A DNA stretch of 64,000 nt from Lama guanicoe (Eukaryota), in assembly GCA_013239625.1 (NCBI GenBank), contig MU053810.1, forward strand, positions 310,001 through 374,000, read 5' to 3'. The notes beneath the pieces are model-generated. The model did not search any database. It saw only the letters and a program-made list of their open reading frames with translations, and was not told where the DNA came from. Both the position numbers and the translations under genes were made by a program. Positions 1 through 13,267 of the stretch are shown here, piece by piece. Position 1 is the first letter of the stretch, and every line of letters starts with the position of its first letter.

Positions 1-499
1 TTAGTGCCAGTTTCTTTACAGGGGGTAGTTAAGTCATCGAAATTTCAGAGCCATTGACAGCATCTTTTCATTTTTTAAATTCTGGAAAAGCTATAAACAA
101 GAGAGGAAAATCTCAACCAGAGCTATTTTAAACAACAGGGGTATGTCTTTGGTATGCCATTCAAACATCTCCCTCTGTGGTCTCCATTTTAAGAGAGTGT
201 CAGGTGTCCCATCTGATAAGAACCACCCACAAAACTGACAATTCTGTCCCAGTTCTGTGAGGGATTTAATGTATTCTATCAAAAAAAATTTTTTAATTTT
301 CAGTTCTTTAGTGCTGACTTCCAACCTTGAAATGGATACAAATGTGTCACTCAACATTTCTTGTTAGGATACACGTGCTTGTGTTTTCAAAATACTTGAA
401 GATTCTGTTCACTCAAGGAAATAAAGCATTTTGATTTTATCTTTTAGAGGGAAGAGAATACACATTGTCTTCCTCAATCTTTCCTCTTGTGACACTGGT

Positions 500-800
500 G
501 TAATTCAAGTCAACAAAAACATATGAATCACCTACTCTGTGGCAGGATCTTGTCAGGCACTAGAAACACACATGGATCTCAGCCATCATCCCTGCCTCCA
601 GAAGCTTTTGACACAGTGGGAAAGAAAGACAAGGAGGGGGTGTGGTTGTAGCTCAGCATGCGGGAGGTCCTGGGTTCAATCCCCAGTACCTCCATTAAAA
701 AATATTTTTTTAAAGAAAAGGACAATTACTCCAAATTGTGACAAGCAGTACAAGGGAGGAGAATGTTCGACGTTACTGGAGCACACAGGAGGGGCAGCTA
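500..800 (-). mobile_element. L2 LINE 3' fragment, interrupted by a SINE
   Basis: attcaagtcaacaaaaacatatgaatcacctactctgtggcagg...ggcactag resembles the reverse complement of the L2 3' end. Confidence 0.6.
634..712 (+). mobile_element. Vic-1-type camelid tRNA-derived SINE, internally deleted
   Basis: gggggtgtggttgtagctcagcatgcgggaggtcctgggttcaatccccagtacctccattaaaaa, with A-box-like TAGCTCAG and B-box GGTTCAATCC. Degenerate flanking duplication aagaaagacaa / aagaaaaggacaa. Confidence 0.8.
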
Positions 801-829
801 AATGCTTTCTGAAGAAGAGTTTCCTAGAT

Positions 830-987
830 CAGTGTTTCTCAAAGGTAAATGTGCAGATACATCACCTGGGATCCAGCTACATGGCACATTCTAATACACT
901 AGGCCTGGGCTGGGCCTGAGAGTCTGCATTTCCAACAAGCTCCCTGGACTTGCCGCTGATCTGCGGACCACATGCTGGGTGTAAGGG
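830..987. mobile_element. MER5-family hAT-Charlie DNA transposon fossil
   Basis: cagtgtttctcaaag...gggctgggcctgagagtctgcatttccaacaagctccc...ggaccaca is typical MER5A/B sequence. Confidence 0.7.
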
Positions 988-2278
988 TGCGCGGAAGACA
1001 GACCCCAGCCAGTCCAGATCAGTCCTGGGAAGTGCATTCCAGGCAGAGGAGATGATGTGAACACAGCCAGAGGCGAGACCATAGCACTAACATCTCAAAG
1101 AGGCAAATGAAAGGGGTTGATGGTTGGGGGGGGAGCAAATCAAAGACCGGAAAGATACTGATAACCTTGGGAGCGCCCTGTCACCTTCTTAAAAAGATTT
1201 AAAAGCTTTCCAACTCAGAGTAATTATATGAGGACAAATCTAAATGATTTAGAAGTCTGAGCTATAAAATATCTTTAAAAGGAGTTATTTCAAGTACTTG
1301 TAGAATCTTGAACTCACAGCTACCCAGGATCACCGTCCCATCTCTTTAGGTGACAAGGTAATTACTGACACTGGGATCAAGAACTCAAAAATATTCACTT
1401 TCCTGGCAGATTTTATAATAACTTCATAAGAGTTTCTTATTCTTTCAGATGCTCATCACACAATTTTTAAGAGTAGTAGAAAAGAGAAATTTCATCTGAA
1501 CTTGTATCCTGAGTAAACCACGTTCAAAATAGCAAAACTTTACATAAAAAATGTAGTACATGGTATCATTCAAAAAAAGATGCAATGAAAATTTTTGAGT
1601 GATATACTGATATTAGGGGTTATTTCGCTGAGAAATTACGGTTTCTGCAAGTGAGGGAATGAGGCTTGTTACTGCAAAAGAAGAGTGCACGCACATGCCG
1701 ACTGAACTCCCCCTCAGGAGAAGACAGGAATCTGAAATCTCTACTCTTCAGAGTGTCACTGCCATCTGTTCCTCTGACTCACCAACAATATTGTGAAAAT
1801 ATTCGGGCACATTTCTTGTGCCAGTAGTTTCTTCAGAACAAGTCTCCACTTGGAAGTTTGTAATATGCTTCTCGACACGATGATCTTTATAAAGAAAAAA
1901 GCCACCTGTTCTAAAGGGTTTCTTAAAAGAGGAATATCATCTTTTGGGAGAAGTTATATTGACTGAAGAAGAATGGGCTGAATAGTAAGAGTAACAAACA
2001 ACTTAACCATGATTGTCCCCTAACCACCTACACGAGCTAAAGTGCCTATGTCTGTGTAGTGAAATTCTGTGTCACTTAATTAAATGATGATGTTTGGGAA
2101 AGCAAAACTACTTGCCATGTTTCTCCAGGAAATTATACTAAGAAGCAACTTTCTTTTTTTCAGCTTTACTGAGAAATAAGTGACAGTAAGCAACTTATTC
2201 ATGGATACTGTTGGTCAGTTAAATTGAGCTTACCATTTTTTTAGAAAATAAAAGCACTCCAAACAGAAGAGAAACACA

Positions 2279-2333
2279 AAAGGAAGGAAGGAATAAAGGA
2301 AAGAAGGAAGGAAGGAAGGGAGGGAGGAAGGAA
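2279..2333 (+). repeat. (GGAA)n purine-rich microsatellite
   Basis: aaggaaggaaggaataaaggaaagaaggaaggaaggaagggagggaggaaggaag. Confidence 0.9.
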
Positions 2334-3699
2334 GACTCACTCTGGGCAGAAGAATAAATCAAATTTCAACCATTCTATTAACATCTTTAAAGAAAATCTG
2401 AGTAAAAGCAGGTGTGGGAGTCTTGGGGTCCCCTTACAATGTGCTGTGTTCTGAATCCACCAGAAAACGGGATCCTCATGGAGAAAAACAGAAAGATGCG
2501 CTCACAAATAGATCTACCCCTGAGTTTTAATGCTCTGCGAGATATCACTAACATTCAGCCCAAGACTGAGGCGCTACCTATTCGGGACTCTGTCATCTTT
2601 TAGTGCCACCTCCCAGTGACTGTACAAAGTGGCTTTGTCCAACAGGACTGAGCAAGCACACCCCCCCACACACACTAGCCATCTACAGCGAGGGAATCGG
2701 GGTAGGATGTGTGGAAATACAAGTCAAATATCCAGCTCGGCTCAACCCAGGGCAACTACCTTATCCCTTACACTCCAGCCAGGAGACTCGCTAGAAAGAA
2801 CAGCTAGTGCTGGAGCGAAAGCTTCTTTCTGGAAATTTACTTCTATACCTAGAAGTTGCATACTGATGTAGAAACATTCGCCATCAAGGGAAACTCTGGG
2901 GCTTCTTGAGGTGGTGGACTTATCCAGCAAATGGTACCGTTCCTCCATGGTCGACTTTGGACCTCTCACCTTCCCTGTGGGACCAATCCCGGGCCACTGC
3001 CCACAAGATGACCCATGTCCCTCCAACCCACTGTCATGTCCGGGATGGTATGTGAGAAGCTGCCCCTCTGTTTCTAGAACATTCCAGAAAGGCAGAGAGT
3101 GGGCAAAGGGTCGAACAGAGCAGAGGGAACAGGAGCAGAACCTGGGTGCTCAGCACACCTCCCCAGCCCGCGGCCAGATGGGGTGGGTGGAGAAGGGTTC
3201 CCAGGTTATGAGCTCACCCCGCCCCAGGAGCACTTCCCACATTTCCCAAGTGATCCCACAGTCCGGAGCTGCCTTCCTCCCACTGCACTCCTGAGAAGTC
3301 GTGTCTCCCTTCTGTGGATGAGAAGCTGGCACAAAGCACCACGCTCCTCAAACACACCCGAAGTGGGAAGGAAGCACTCCCAGTGTTTCACCTTTAACAC
3401 GGGCTCTGAGCTCCCTTCCAGCAAATTCCAGAGCACCCGAGGCGGCGGGGGCAGAACGGGGTGGCGGTCACAGCCGCGGCAGCAGCACGGCACGGCCAGG
3501 CGGAGCGGGAGGCGGAAAGGACAGCACGTCCAGCTGAGATCGCCAGGGGAGTTTCTGGAACCAGATTCGATACCCCACCCTGGGATCCTGCCAAGCCACC
3601 CGGGCAGAGCCTTTCGTCCCTGCCAGACATATCAAGGGGCTTTTAAAGATGAGGAAGAGTTGCTGTCTTGCATTCTCCTGAGGGAGGCTCAATCAGAGG

Positions 3700-3885
3700 G
3701 CCAGCGTGATTATGTGGAAAGAGCTCTGAACGAGGAGGCCAGAAACCATCGCGCTGGCTGCGCCTCTGCGCGAGGAGCTCTGTGACCTCAGGCCACTCAC
3801 TTAACCTCTCTGGACCTGTTTCTCCCTCTAGAAGTCAAGAGACCTGGACCAAGACCTCTAAGCTCCTTTTCCAGTTCTGATGCTG
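3700..3885 (+). mobile_element. MIR SINE
   Basis: Core gctctgtgacctcaggccactcacttaacctctctggacctgtttctcc and tail ctctaagctccttttccagttctga. Confidence 0.7.
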
Positions 3886-4159
3886 GGTGACTCTAACGTG
3901 AGGGTAGCGGACAGTAAGAGGGACAAAGAGGGCAGCAGCTTCATAGCTGTTTTCAGCAAGAGAAACAGTCAGACTGACATATTCTCGACAACTCTGTAAG
4001 CACGTGCGTTATCACCACTGCAGGACCCTCTCCGCTGGCGGAGGGCCACGCACCTCCCTGCAGCTGGCACTGTTTCCTCTGCCAGCAGAGCTTGCCTGGG
4101 CTCAACGGGGAGGCCACACTTGTATGATGTGAAGAAGTCCCCTATACACATGACACTAT

Positions 4160-4385
4160 AAAGAGCAAACATTTGGGGAGCTCACACCGTGTGCCAGCCA
4201 CTGTGCTATATGCACTTTGCATGCACTGATTGTTTAATTCCTAAAACAACTAAGGGATGTAACGACCAGCACATCCCCAAGCTCCTGACAGTGGAGGCAC
4301 AGCATTGACATTATTCGCCCAAGGTCGCACGGCTCCCAAGTGGAGTAGCTGGATGAAAATTAGGCAGGTTGGTTCTCAGGTCGTC
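4160..4385 (-). mobile_element. MIR SINE
   Basis: gtgtgccagccactgtgctatatgcacttt...gaggcacag...gcccaaggtcgcacggct is the reverse MIR core. Confidence 0.65.
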
Positions 4386-6280
4386 ACCAGTATTTGATGC
4401 TGCCCCTCTGACGGCACTCTCACTTAGACCGCTGGGGATTGTTTTCTTTCACTATCAATGAGCACCTCCGTGCACTGGGCTGCTGCCCACATCAGGAATG
4501 TGCGGCCCTGTCTTGAACAACACGGAGACACCAGACAGATCAAATCCTAAAGGGAAACACTAACAGACCCGAATCTGACTCCCTGCTCTACCGGTTACTC
4601 CTTATGTGGCCTCCAGAAATTTCTTAAGTAAGTCCCAGGCCCTCCACCAGCAAATGTCAATAATCGTATCCACTTCTGAGGTTTGCAGTGCAGATTACAT
4701 AAAACAATGCTCACAGGAGTCCCAGTTAGTTTCCAAATGATGACAAAGTGAGAATATCTGTATTTAAAGTCGCAAAGGACAGATAACATTGGCTCCGGAT
4801 TTCAGATGACCGGGTCGGGACAGAGGCTGAATTCTGATTTTAGACTTAGCAAATGTATTTGTATATACATTTAATTAACTGACATCTATTTTGATTAATC
4901 TACTAGCATCTATCAACAACTATTGTCCATTGAAACCTACCACCGTCTGTTTCCTGCTGTTTGTTGGAAGTCGTAAGACTTGGGATTCCTGTCGGCTGTT
5001 TCTAGAGTGAACGAAGTTCCCACAGCAGTTTCCTAACATAAGGGCAGGCTGGGGACCCTAAAAGGTGGGGAACACAAGTGGGAAGCTCTCTGCTGTCTCC
5101 TCTGCTCCGTCGCTCACCCAAACTACACCCTCTGCACCTCAGTTTCTCCTTCCACAAAATGGATATGTTCTCTGCTTTCACCTCTCCCACCAACAGTTTC
5201 CTTTTATAACAGTGTAATGAGAGTGGATAAGTGTATGAAGTGGTGATGCCTAACACTTGAACATTTTAATGTTGGAAAAGGCTTTTCAGATGCCTTACCA
5301 TCTTATTTAGGCACCTAGAATGCAGAATTTTGACAGACTTGATGGTAGATTGACTAAATTAAACAAAAACAACTTTTTGCTCCTCAGCAGAAAGATATAC
5401 ACATTTTAAATACATTTCAGCTTTTTTATATGTATTTATATATGTCCCTATGTGTGTATACATATACGTGTATACATACACGTGTGTATACACTTATGCA
5501 CACAGACACACATGTAAGTGTGTGCATTTAGCACATCAGCTCTGTCGCCTTCAACAAGAATGAGAACCCCACATCCATCACACCACAGTGTTTGTTTACA
5601 AAGATCCTTACCTATGTTTGGATTCCCCAGTGACACTTATCTCACGTCTGAATCATACAGTCTACACTTTAAAAAATTTATGAAAATAAATTGTTATAAA
5701 ATATTTATCAAAGAAAAACACAAATGTCTAGAAAATGGATGTTAAATCTCCTTTATCAAATATTATATACATACGTATATATATATATATACATATATAC
5801 CATTTTAGAAAGGATTTCTTTCGTTATGTATTTCCTAAAAACTTCAGACCAGTCCCCTAAGAGTCTGACCTCAATTTTAGGCTGACATTGAGGACAGAAG
5901 TCAGTGACTGCGCTTTAAAATGGAACTGTCTAAACCACCCAAACCATAACCCTGGACTTCGATATGTGAAATGAAATTTATTCACCAAATTTTATAGAGT
6001 TTAAGCTAGATAATACGTCTTAAATAAAACCGTACTGAGATCATTTATCTACCCGCATACACAATGCCAAAAACAGGTAGAAAACCGAATTTACACAACC
6101 TAAAGTTTAACAGAAGAGAAACAGCAAACCTTTGGTGTGTATCACTGTTTTTTCTGTGTCTGCCATCCGAGTCCATCCCAGGACTCCTTGTACTTAATCT
6201 TCCATGTTGTGTGACCCTCCAACAGAAGCTATTCTGACGTTTTAGAAATATCAGACTACAAAACAGATAATAGATACCAA

Positions 6281-6303
6281 CACACACACACACACACACA
6301 CAC
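6281..6303 (+). repeat. (CA)n microsatellite
   Basis: Perfect CA run. Confidence 0.95.
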
Positions 6304-9086
6304 TTCTGCTGGACTCATTTAAGTGAAATCCGTATACATCATTAACTACGTAAGTTTACCAAAGAAGGAAGAAAAAAACATCAGCCAGGATGTATTATCA
6401 GAGGAATTTAAACTAGCAGCTAATCCACACAAGGGCTGACCTCCCCAAATGCATAACCAGACTGGATGACGGGGAGATGGCACGGGGAAGTAAGCAAGCA
6501 AGTAACTGACACCGCTTCTGAAAGTGTGGCGAACACGTTTCCCCAACTTCTCTAAATATCTGCCGAGTAACACAGACGGTACAAGAGGTGGGAGGAAGGG
6601 CCAGACCGGTGAACCCAGCTGTGTTGCTGTAGGTCAATCATCTCCCCCCTAACACGCCTGGTCTTCCAGAATTGGATGACGGACCTGCGTGCATGCGGTC
6701 ACCAGAGCCAGACAGAACCGGCAGACATTTCTTCCTCCCTAATCTCTGCTGGGTCAGTGCCTGAGCCCGGTGTTTCTAACTCCTGACCATCACTTGAATC
6801 CCCCAGCCCTGGACCCACACTCCCCATCACTCCTTTTAGTTCAGGGCTGGATTCAGGAAATCCAGAGTCTCAGGAAGAGGACATCACAGGCAGAGTCAGG
6901 AGAGGCAGAGGTAAACTTGGTGCCGTGGGGTCTTGGAGGGAAGGGTCCATCCAGGCAGGGACAATCAATGGGGGAATCCTGAAGGAGAGGGCGTCTCAAA
7001 CCAAGGCTTAGCCCACTGCAGCAGGGAGGAGTGGGAAGGAGAGGCAGAGGCCTGAATCATTGTTCCTCTGGGGAGAACTAAACTGAATGTGGGGGGGGGG
7101 GCGGACAGGAGGTGAACGCCACACAGCAAGATCATAAAGCAGGGGGCTGTTTACCAAGGAGTTTGGATTCCATCAAGCAGGTGACTTTGTAGAATTAAGG
7201 TGGGGAGGGTCAACATCAGACAGGAATTTTAAGTCTCATTTGCATAGCATTACTGGAACAAGGAAGGGAGTCTGATCACGTGGGCCACACATTGCACGAT
7301 GCTTGGGAAGCCGAAACCGCGAGGCGGGGTGAGGCCCTGGAGGTTCAGGGTCCCTGGAAAGATAAACCACATACTTGGTGAAGCGAGTCTAAACATCCCC
7401 GTTTTGTAGTAAAGGCTACCAGCAATGTCATCTTCCTCCCATTCACAGCATTCTGTAAGTGATGCCCAAGAAGTTGCTAGACCTCATAAAAATGCATTGA
7501 ATCTGGGTGTCAAATCAAATTTTAAGAAGTTCCTGGATTATCTGCTACGGACAAAGCACCATGGGGAGGCCACTCAGAAGCATCAAATGTACTATCTTCT
7601 TTTGGTTGTAACGTAGCCTTGGCACAAGACCAGTTTATTTCTTATATACACGCACACTGTCAAGACGAAATAAACAATGATCAGCAAAGGGTGGCTGCAA
7701 CAAAGCTGAATTCACTATCCGCTTGGCAGGAACAGCATCCTCACTCAGAAGTCAGATCCACGGGATTCAGTGGAAACGGAGAGGCCGAGGCATAAAGCCT
7801 AAGAGAGGGACGTGTGGCAAGACTCGGAGGGCGGGTCTCTGGTAAGGCCACGGGGGAGCGAGTCAGCTCCTGATGTGATTCGATGCTTTTGTTGGGTCTG
7901 ATTTGAGCGGGTCGAGGATGGGCTGTGTCAACTTTCCAGGGGGCATAGGGCCATTCAGCAGATACACCCACAAGTGCATGCTCCACGCTTGGCAAGACTG
8001 TGACCACGATCACACACACAGCCCACCAACAGTCACCACCACCAAACAACTTAGCCGCACCCCTCAGCTTGTTCTGCTTGAATTGCAAGTGGTTTTTTTT
8101 TTTTAATTAAGGGAACTTTCAGTAAGGGTTTTCCAGCATAGTCAAGGGCTGTAGGATCATTAACAGATAGACCTGCCCCCATATTTGTTATCGCAGTGAT
8201 GCCTTTTCTCACTTCTAGCCTGTGTCCTTAACCCCGACACTACCTTTCCAGAGAAAAGGTCTCTCCACATTGCAGCATCATCTTTGAGGCGGATCAGATC
8301 CTTAAAATTCTGTACTGGTGTCTGAGAAACTCAAGTATCAGCTTTACCAGCTCAGCCATTTTCAGTCATTGGAAAAGTGGTTTTGTTCGCCCTGAATTGA
8401 TGAATTTCTATTGAAGCGTATGTTCCTTCAACACACACAATAAACAGGCATTTGGCAGGGATTTAAAGAAGCAAACGGGCCAGTCAGCCATCAGAACAAA
8501 GCTGCAGGAACAGAAGCAAGCCAGATTTAAATGAGTTAATTTACAGAAAAGCCTTTCTCTGAAGGCTAATACTTAATACAAAACCAGCTGTCCTCTCCTT
8601 TGGGGGCCCAAGCTGCCTGCCTTCCCTCTGGTTAGTCTGCACTGAGAGAAACGTGTCTGCCCCAAGATAACCAGGGAATCGGGCTACGGCAAGGAGCGCC
8701 CAGGCCTCCAGAGCCCCGCTCTCACCTGGCTGAGGGGCTGACTCCCTCTCCCTCTGGAAGGCCCAGCCCCACCCCTCTGCCCGCTGTCCATCCTGACCTT
8801 GGCCACAGGGGATCCCAAGAGTTGGCATCTGCTGCCTTTAGCAGCCCTGACTCCCTTCCGAGAGTGGGTTGGTCATGGCGTCCTGCTGACTTGACCAGCC
8901 CCCACGCCAGCCTCTCCAGGCCAGGGATGGCCACTACTGCCTCCACTTCCTCTGCCCCTCAAAGAGCCGGGGTCTCGCTTGTGACCCCAGCCAGTGGCAG
9001 GTGCCCGCTTCCCACAGATGGGATGATGGGTTCAGGTCAGTGCCCCTCTCTTAGAATGAAATGCAGCTCTTCAAAAGGGACCACGT

Positions 9087-9371
9087 AGGGAGGGATAAAT
9101 TAGGAGTTTGCAATTAACAGATACACACTGCTATATATAAAACAGATAAACAACAAGGACCCACTATATAGCACAGGGAACTATATTCAATATCTTGTGA
9201 TAATCTATCATGGTAAAGAGTCTGAAAAAGAATATATATATATATGTATATACATAACTGAATCACTTTGCTGTGCACTTGAAACTAACACAACATTGTA
9301 AATCAACTATATTTCAATAAAAATAAATAAAGAAAAAGAGCTTTTTCATTTTAAAAAAATTGAATTTTTTT
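9087..9371 (+). mobile_element. 5'-truncated L1 (3' UTR only, artiodactyl type) with TSD
   Basis: ...aacaacaaggacccactatatagcacagggaactatattcaatatcttg...aacacaacattgtaaatcaactatatttcaataaaa. TSD aaagggaccacgt (about 9074-9086) / aaaggaaccacat (9372-9384). Confidence 0.85.
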
Positions 9372-9544
9372 AAAGGAACCACATGTGAGTTTGCTCCTCT
9401 AAATGAATCCTCTCACATAAAGGCAACATCGTTCGGTGTGTTTGTGTGTGCGTATGCGTGTGTACACATCTTTCCCTGCTCCTGGACACAGGGGGAGCAT
9501 CCTCATCCCCGTAGAGGTGAGACCATGAGACCAGAGCCCTGGAG

Positions 9545-9735
9545 CTGCTGTTCCCAGCACTGGCTGGGCTGCACGTAAGACATTCAGAATGGAGATGGTG
9601 CTTTCTAAAATTTCCCAGTGGCCACCATAACCTCCAATTCTACCTCTGGGGTCTGGAGTGGAGTCTGGGCATCAGGAGGTTCAGAAAAGCCTCCCGGGTG
9701 ATTTGAATGTGCAACCAGGGTTGAGAACCACCGAT
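9545..9735. mobile_element. MER5-family hAT fossil
   Basis: ggtctggagtggagtctgggcatcagg...ctcccgggtgatttgaatgtgcaaccagggttgagaaccac. Confidence 0.65.
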
Positions 9736-10689
9736 TTCAAGAGAAAAAGGCATAGACCATCACCTGAGACTCCCCAGTGTCCCGAGATGGAGGAGAACAT
9801 GCAATTTAAAAGCAATTCCTACGCAGGCTCTCTCCCCAGGGAATATAATCTCCGCAGCTGACAAACGAACCATTAGATGGTCATGTGGAATTCTGCTGCC
9901 CTGTTTCAGACACAGTAACCCTTTAACCACCCTGAGCCCTGGTTACCCCAACTATTAGGGAGAGGGTACTCTGAATACATCTGTCTGGCCTCTCCCATCT
10001 CCTATTTTTCAGCTTGATCATCTCCTCATTTAAATGCAGGTTGTTTATACATTTGCCTTTCTATTTCTCCAAAAATGCTTTCTGTGCTGCCTTGAAATTA
10101 GATTTGGGTAGTGCCTGCCCTCTAAATAAATAACACCACAGGAACTGTAAGCTCTGTAAACCAGCCTAGGGTACGTAACACAGGTGATGTGATAGTCCAT
10201 CATGCACAAAAAACACTCCATCCGTGGGACCTGAGCTAACCGTCCCTCCAGAGGAAGGTCAGGCTGAGCCACGCAGATCCTGCCCCTGCCAGTCAGACAG
10301 CATCTCCGCTACGCAGCACCTGCCCACCATAACGTCTGCCTCTTTTCACTCCCTCTGAGCTTGGTTTAATACCCACTTATCAAATAGAAAATTCATTTTG
10401 GAACTATTTTCAGAGCAATATAATGACATCCTTAAGGATACATTAGCTACATTACTTTAATCCAATGAAATACATAAATCTCTCACCCTGCAATAAACTC
10501 AGCACGTAGGAGGGAAGGCAGTCTCCCAGATGCGCCTCCCTGAATGAAAAACCGCGCGGAAATATACAAACGACCAGGGTCTGTGGCAGAATGCAGAATA
10601 AAGTAGGCCTCTCTGAGACCCTATCTACATGATTTAGTGATGGGAAGTGCCAAAAGGGTTTTTTAACATGTTGTTTCAGAAAACTTGAA

Positions 10690-11830
10690 CATCCAGCAAG
10701 CTCAGATTATAGCTGAGTTCCAGATCTCCATCGTCAGCCGGTCATCTCCACCTGGCCACGCCCAAGACCAGCCTGCTAAATCGGAACTCACCACCTGCCC
10801 TCCTGCTCCTGTATCTCTCATCTCAGCTAATGAGGGTGGTATCCACCCAGTTATCCAATCAGGAACCTGGCAGTTATCCTAGAATCCTCTCTCCCCTCAA
10901 CCCTTAACCCACTCCTTCTGAATCCATAAATCCTGGAGATTCCATTCTGCCTCTTCCATCCCAATCCACAGCTCCCGTTTCAATGCACTGCTTCCCAGAC
11001 TCCTCCAGTGGCCTTCTAACTGCTCCCCCTCAACTGAGTCTTGCCCCCTCCAATCTATCCTTCTAAGTTCTACAGCAATAACCTTTTTTTAAATTGAAGT
11101 ATAGTTGATTTACAATGTTGTGTTCATTTCTGGTGTACAGCAAAGTGATTCAGTTATACATATATATATATTCCTTTTCATTATAGGCTAGTACAAGGTA
11201 TTAAATATAGTTCCCCGTGCTATACAGAAGGACTTTGTTGTTTAACTATTGTATGTATGGTAGTTAGTATTAGCAAATTCTGAACTCCCAATTTATTCCT
11301 CCACCCCACTCCTTTCCCCTCTGGTAAACACAAGTTGCAACAGTAATCTTTATGAAACAATCTTGATCACATTGCTCCTTTCATTAAAACACGTCAAGGC
11401 TCCCCAGCATCTATAGGACAAAGCAGGGTATACAGCCCCCTACAATCTAGCCTCTCCAACCTCAGGTCTCCCCTACCTCACTCTGAACCCTCTGCCTGGT
11501 CCAATGAGCACACCAGCCTGCCTCCCATCTCCTCACCTCCGTTTGCACTGCTCCTCTTGGTCCGAATATCATTCCGCCTTTCTGCCCCCAGGGAAAAATA
11601 CTCATTGTCTGGACCCACTTCCTCCAGAAAGCCTTCCGTCATACCCCACCCCAAAGAGAGAACTGGGCAGCCCTACTCTTGAGAGGTCAGACCTCTCACC
11701 CAGAATCTACACCATTACTGCACTTGTTTAGCTCCTGGAGGACAAGAATGGTGTCTTTTCGACCTCGGAGCCTAGCAGCGCCACCTGATGCAGAGGAATG
11801 TAACAAACATTCGCAAAATGAATGAATGTC
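10690..11830 (+). mobile_element. L2 LINE 3' region, interrupted by an L1
   Basis: Pyrimidine-rich L2 body (catccacccagttatccaatcaggaacctggcagttatcctag...) ending in the L2 tail aaacattcgcaaaatgaatgaatg. Confidence 0.7.
11084..11336 (-). mobile_element. 5'-truncated L1 3' UTR inserted in L2
   Basis: ttttttaaattgaagtatagttgatttacaatgttgtg...agttccccgtgctatacagaaggac is the reverse complement of the same L1 3' end seen at 9087. Confidence 0.85.
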
Positions 11831-13052
11831 TCAATGGTGGATTTTAACAGAGCTTCCTAAACGATTTTCTTTACCATTCGTATACTTTGCTTCCAGGTGC
11901 TTATGACATGGAGCTGTCTCTTACTACACTTGTAAATCATTGGCAGAGGGACCAACAACTAAATAAATCAGTACAGGAGATACAGCATCTCTCATCCCCC
12001 AAGGATGAAGTCTACACCTGCTCCCCTTGCCCGTGGAGACGGAAAACACCATCGAGAACAAAAACTGACTTCCCTGGCTTTGCAGCTTCTCAGCCCACGA
12101 GGGAGTCACACATAACAACAAAGGCACCATCCTTAAGTTCAGAGCAGGATGGCTCTGAACCCACCCAGGTTTCCACGTAAAATGTCAAATATCTGCAACG
12201 TGGCTGCAATTTAATACCCAGCCAATGCCCTCTTCTCCGAGGGCTGATTTCATATTGGAAATGAAGCAATTTAAAGAAATGTGTCATTAGCACAGTGTCT
12301 TCCCCCTTGATGCTAATGTACTTAGAGTAATTTGCTTTCCCACATTCTTTTCCACAGAATCATTTCACGCAGTTCTCCACAGGACAATCTGAAACTCGTC
12401 GGGTCCCTAACGGACAATCTAGGGAAACTAGAAACCAAACAAACAAACAAGAGGAAACCCTTATACCAAGAAGCCGCTGAGCCTTGTTCTGGAGCACACA
12501 TCACATGGGCTGCAGGTTGGGACAATCCCAACCACCTTGGTGGCACTGGGTTTGTCCCAATGGCAGCAAAGCATCATTCAGCCGGCACCCTTGGTCCCTG
12601 AGAGACAGGAGTAGGAGAGGTAGCTTACTCAGGACAAACGTGGACAGTGTCACATCTTGTTTTGAGACCCTATAAAGCTCGTTCCCATTCTGCTTTGCTT
12701 ATCTGTACAGGGATTCTTGCTATGCACTGATTCCAAACCCCGAAAGTTTCAAGGCTATCTCTAACATCTGTTATTAACAGATGCACTTAAAAACATCACA
12801 GCACGATGCTCAAAGACACTCCAATACACAAAAGCAGGTCCCATAAAAAGATTTGTGAGACGCGGGGGAATGAATGGCTTGATCATGAGGACGTGGGAGC
12901 AGCCTGAGGCTAGATCATCTTTTGGGTGGATCTAACCACATCAGAATGGTTCTCTGTGCTCCATGATGCTGGAGGAAAGGTTTTGACTTGGTTCTGCAAT
13001 ACCACAATTTGGTATACATATTTGATCTTGTTCATGTGGCCAACCCTCCGGT

Positions 13053-13267
<215 letters not shown>

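Noticed and set aside
3099..3785. 228-aa ORF, the longest in the track
   Set aside because: GTG start, low-complexity R/G/S/P composition, no recognisable domain, runs into a MIR and is antisense to the host gene; explained by local GC richness.
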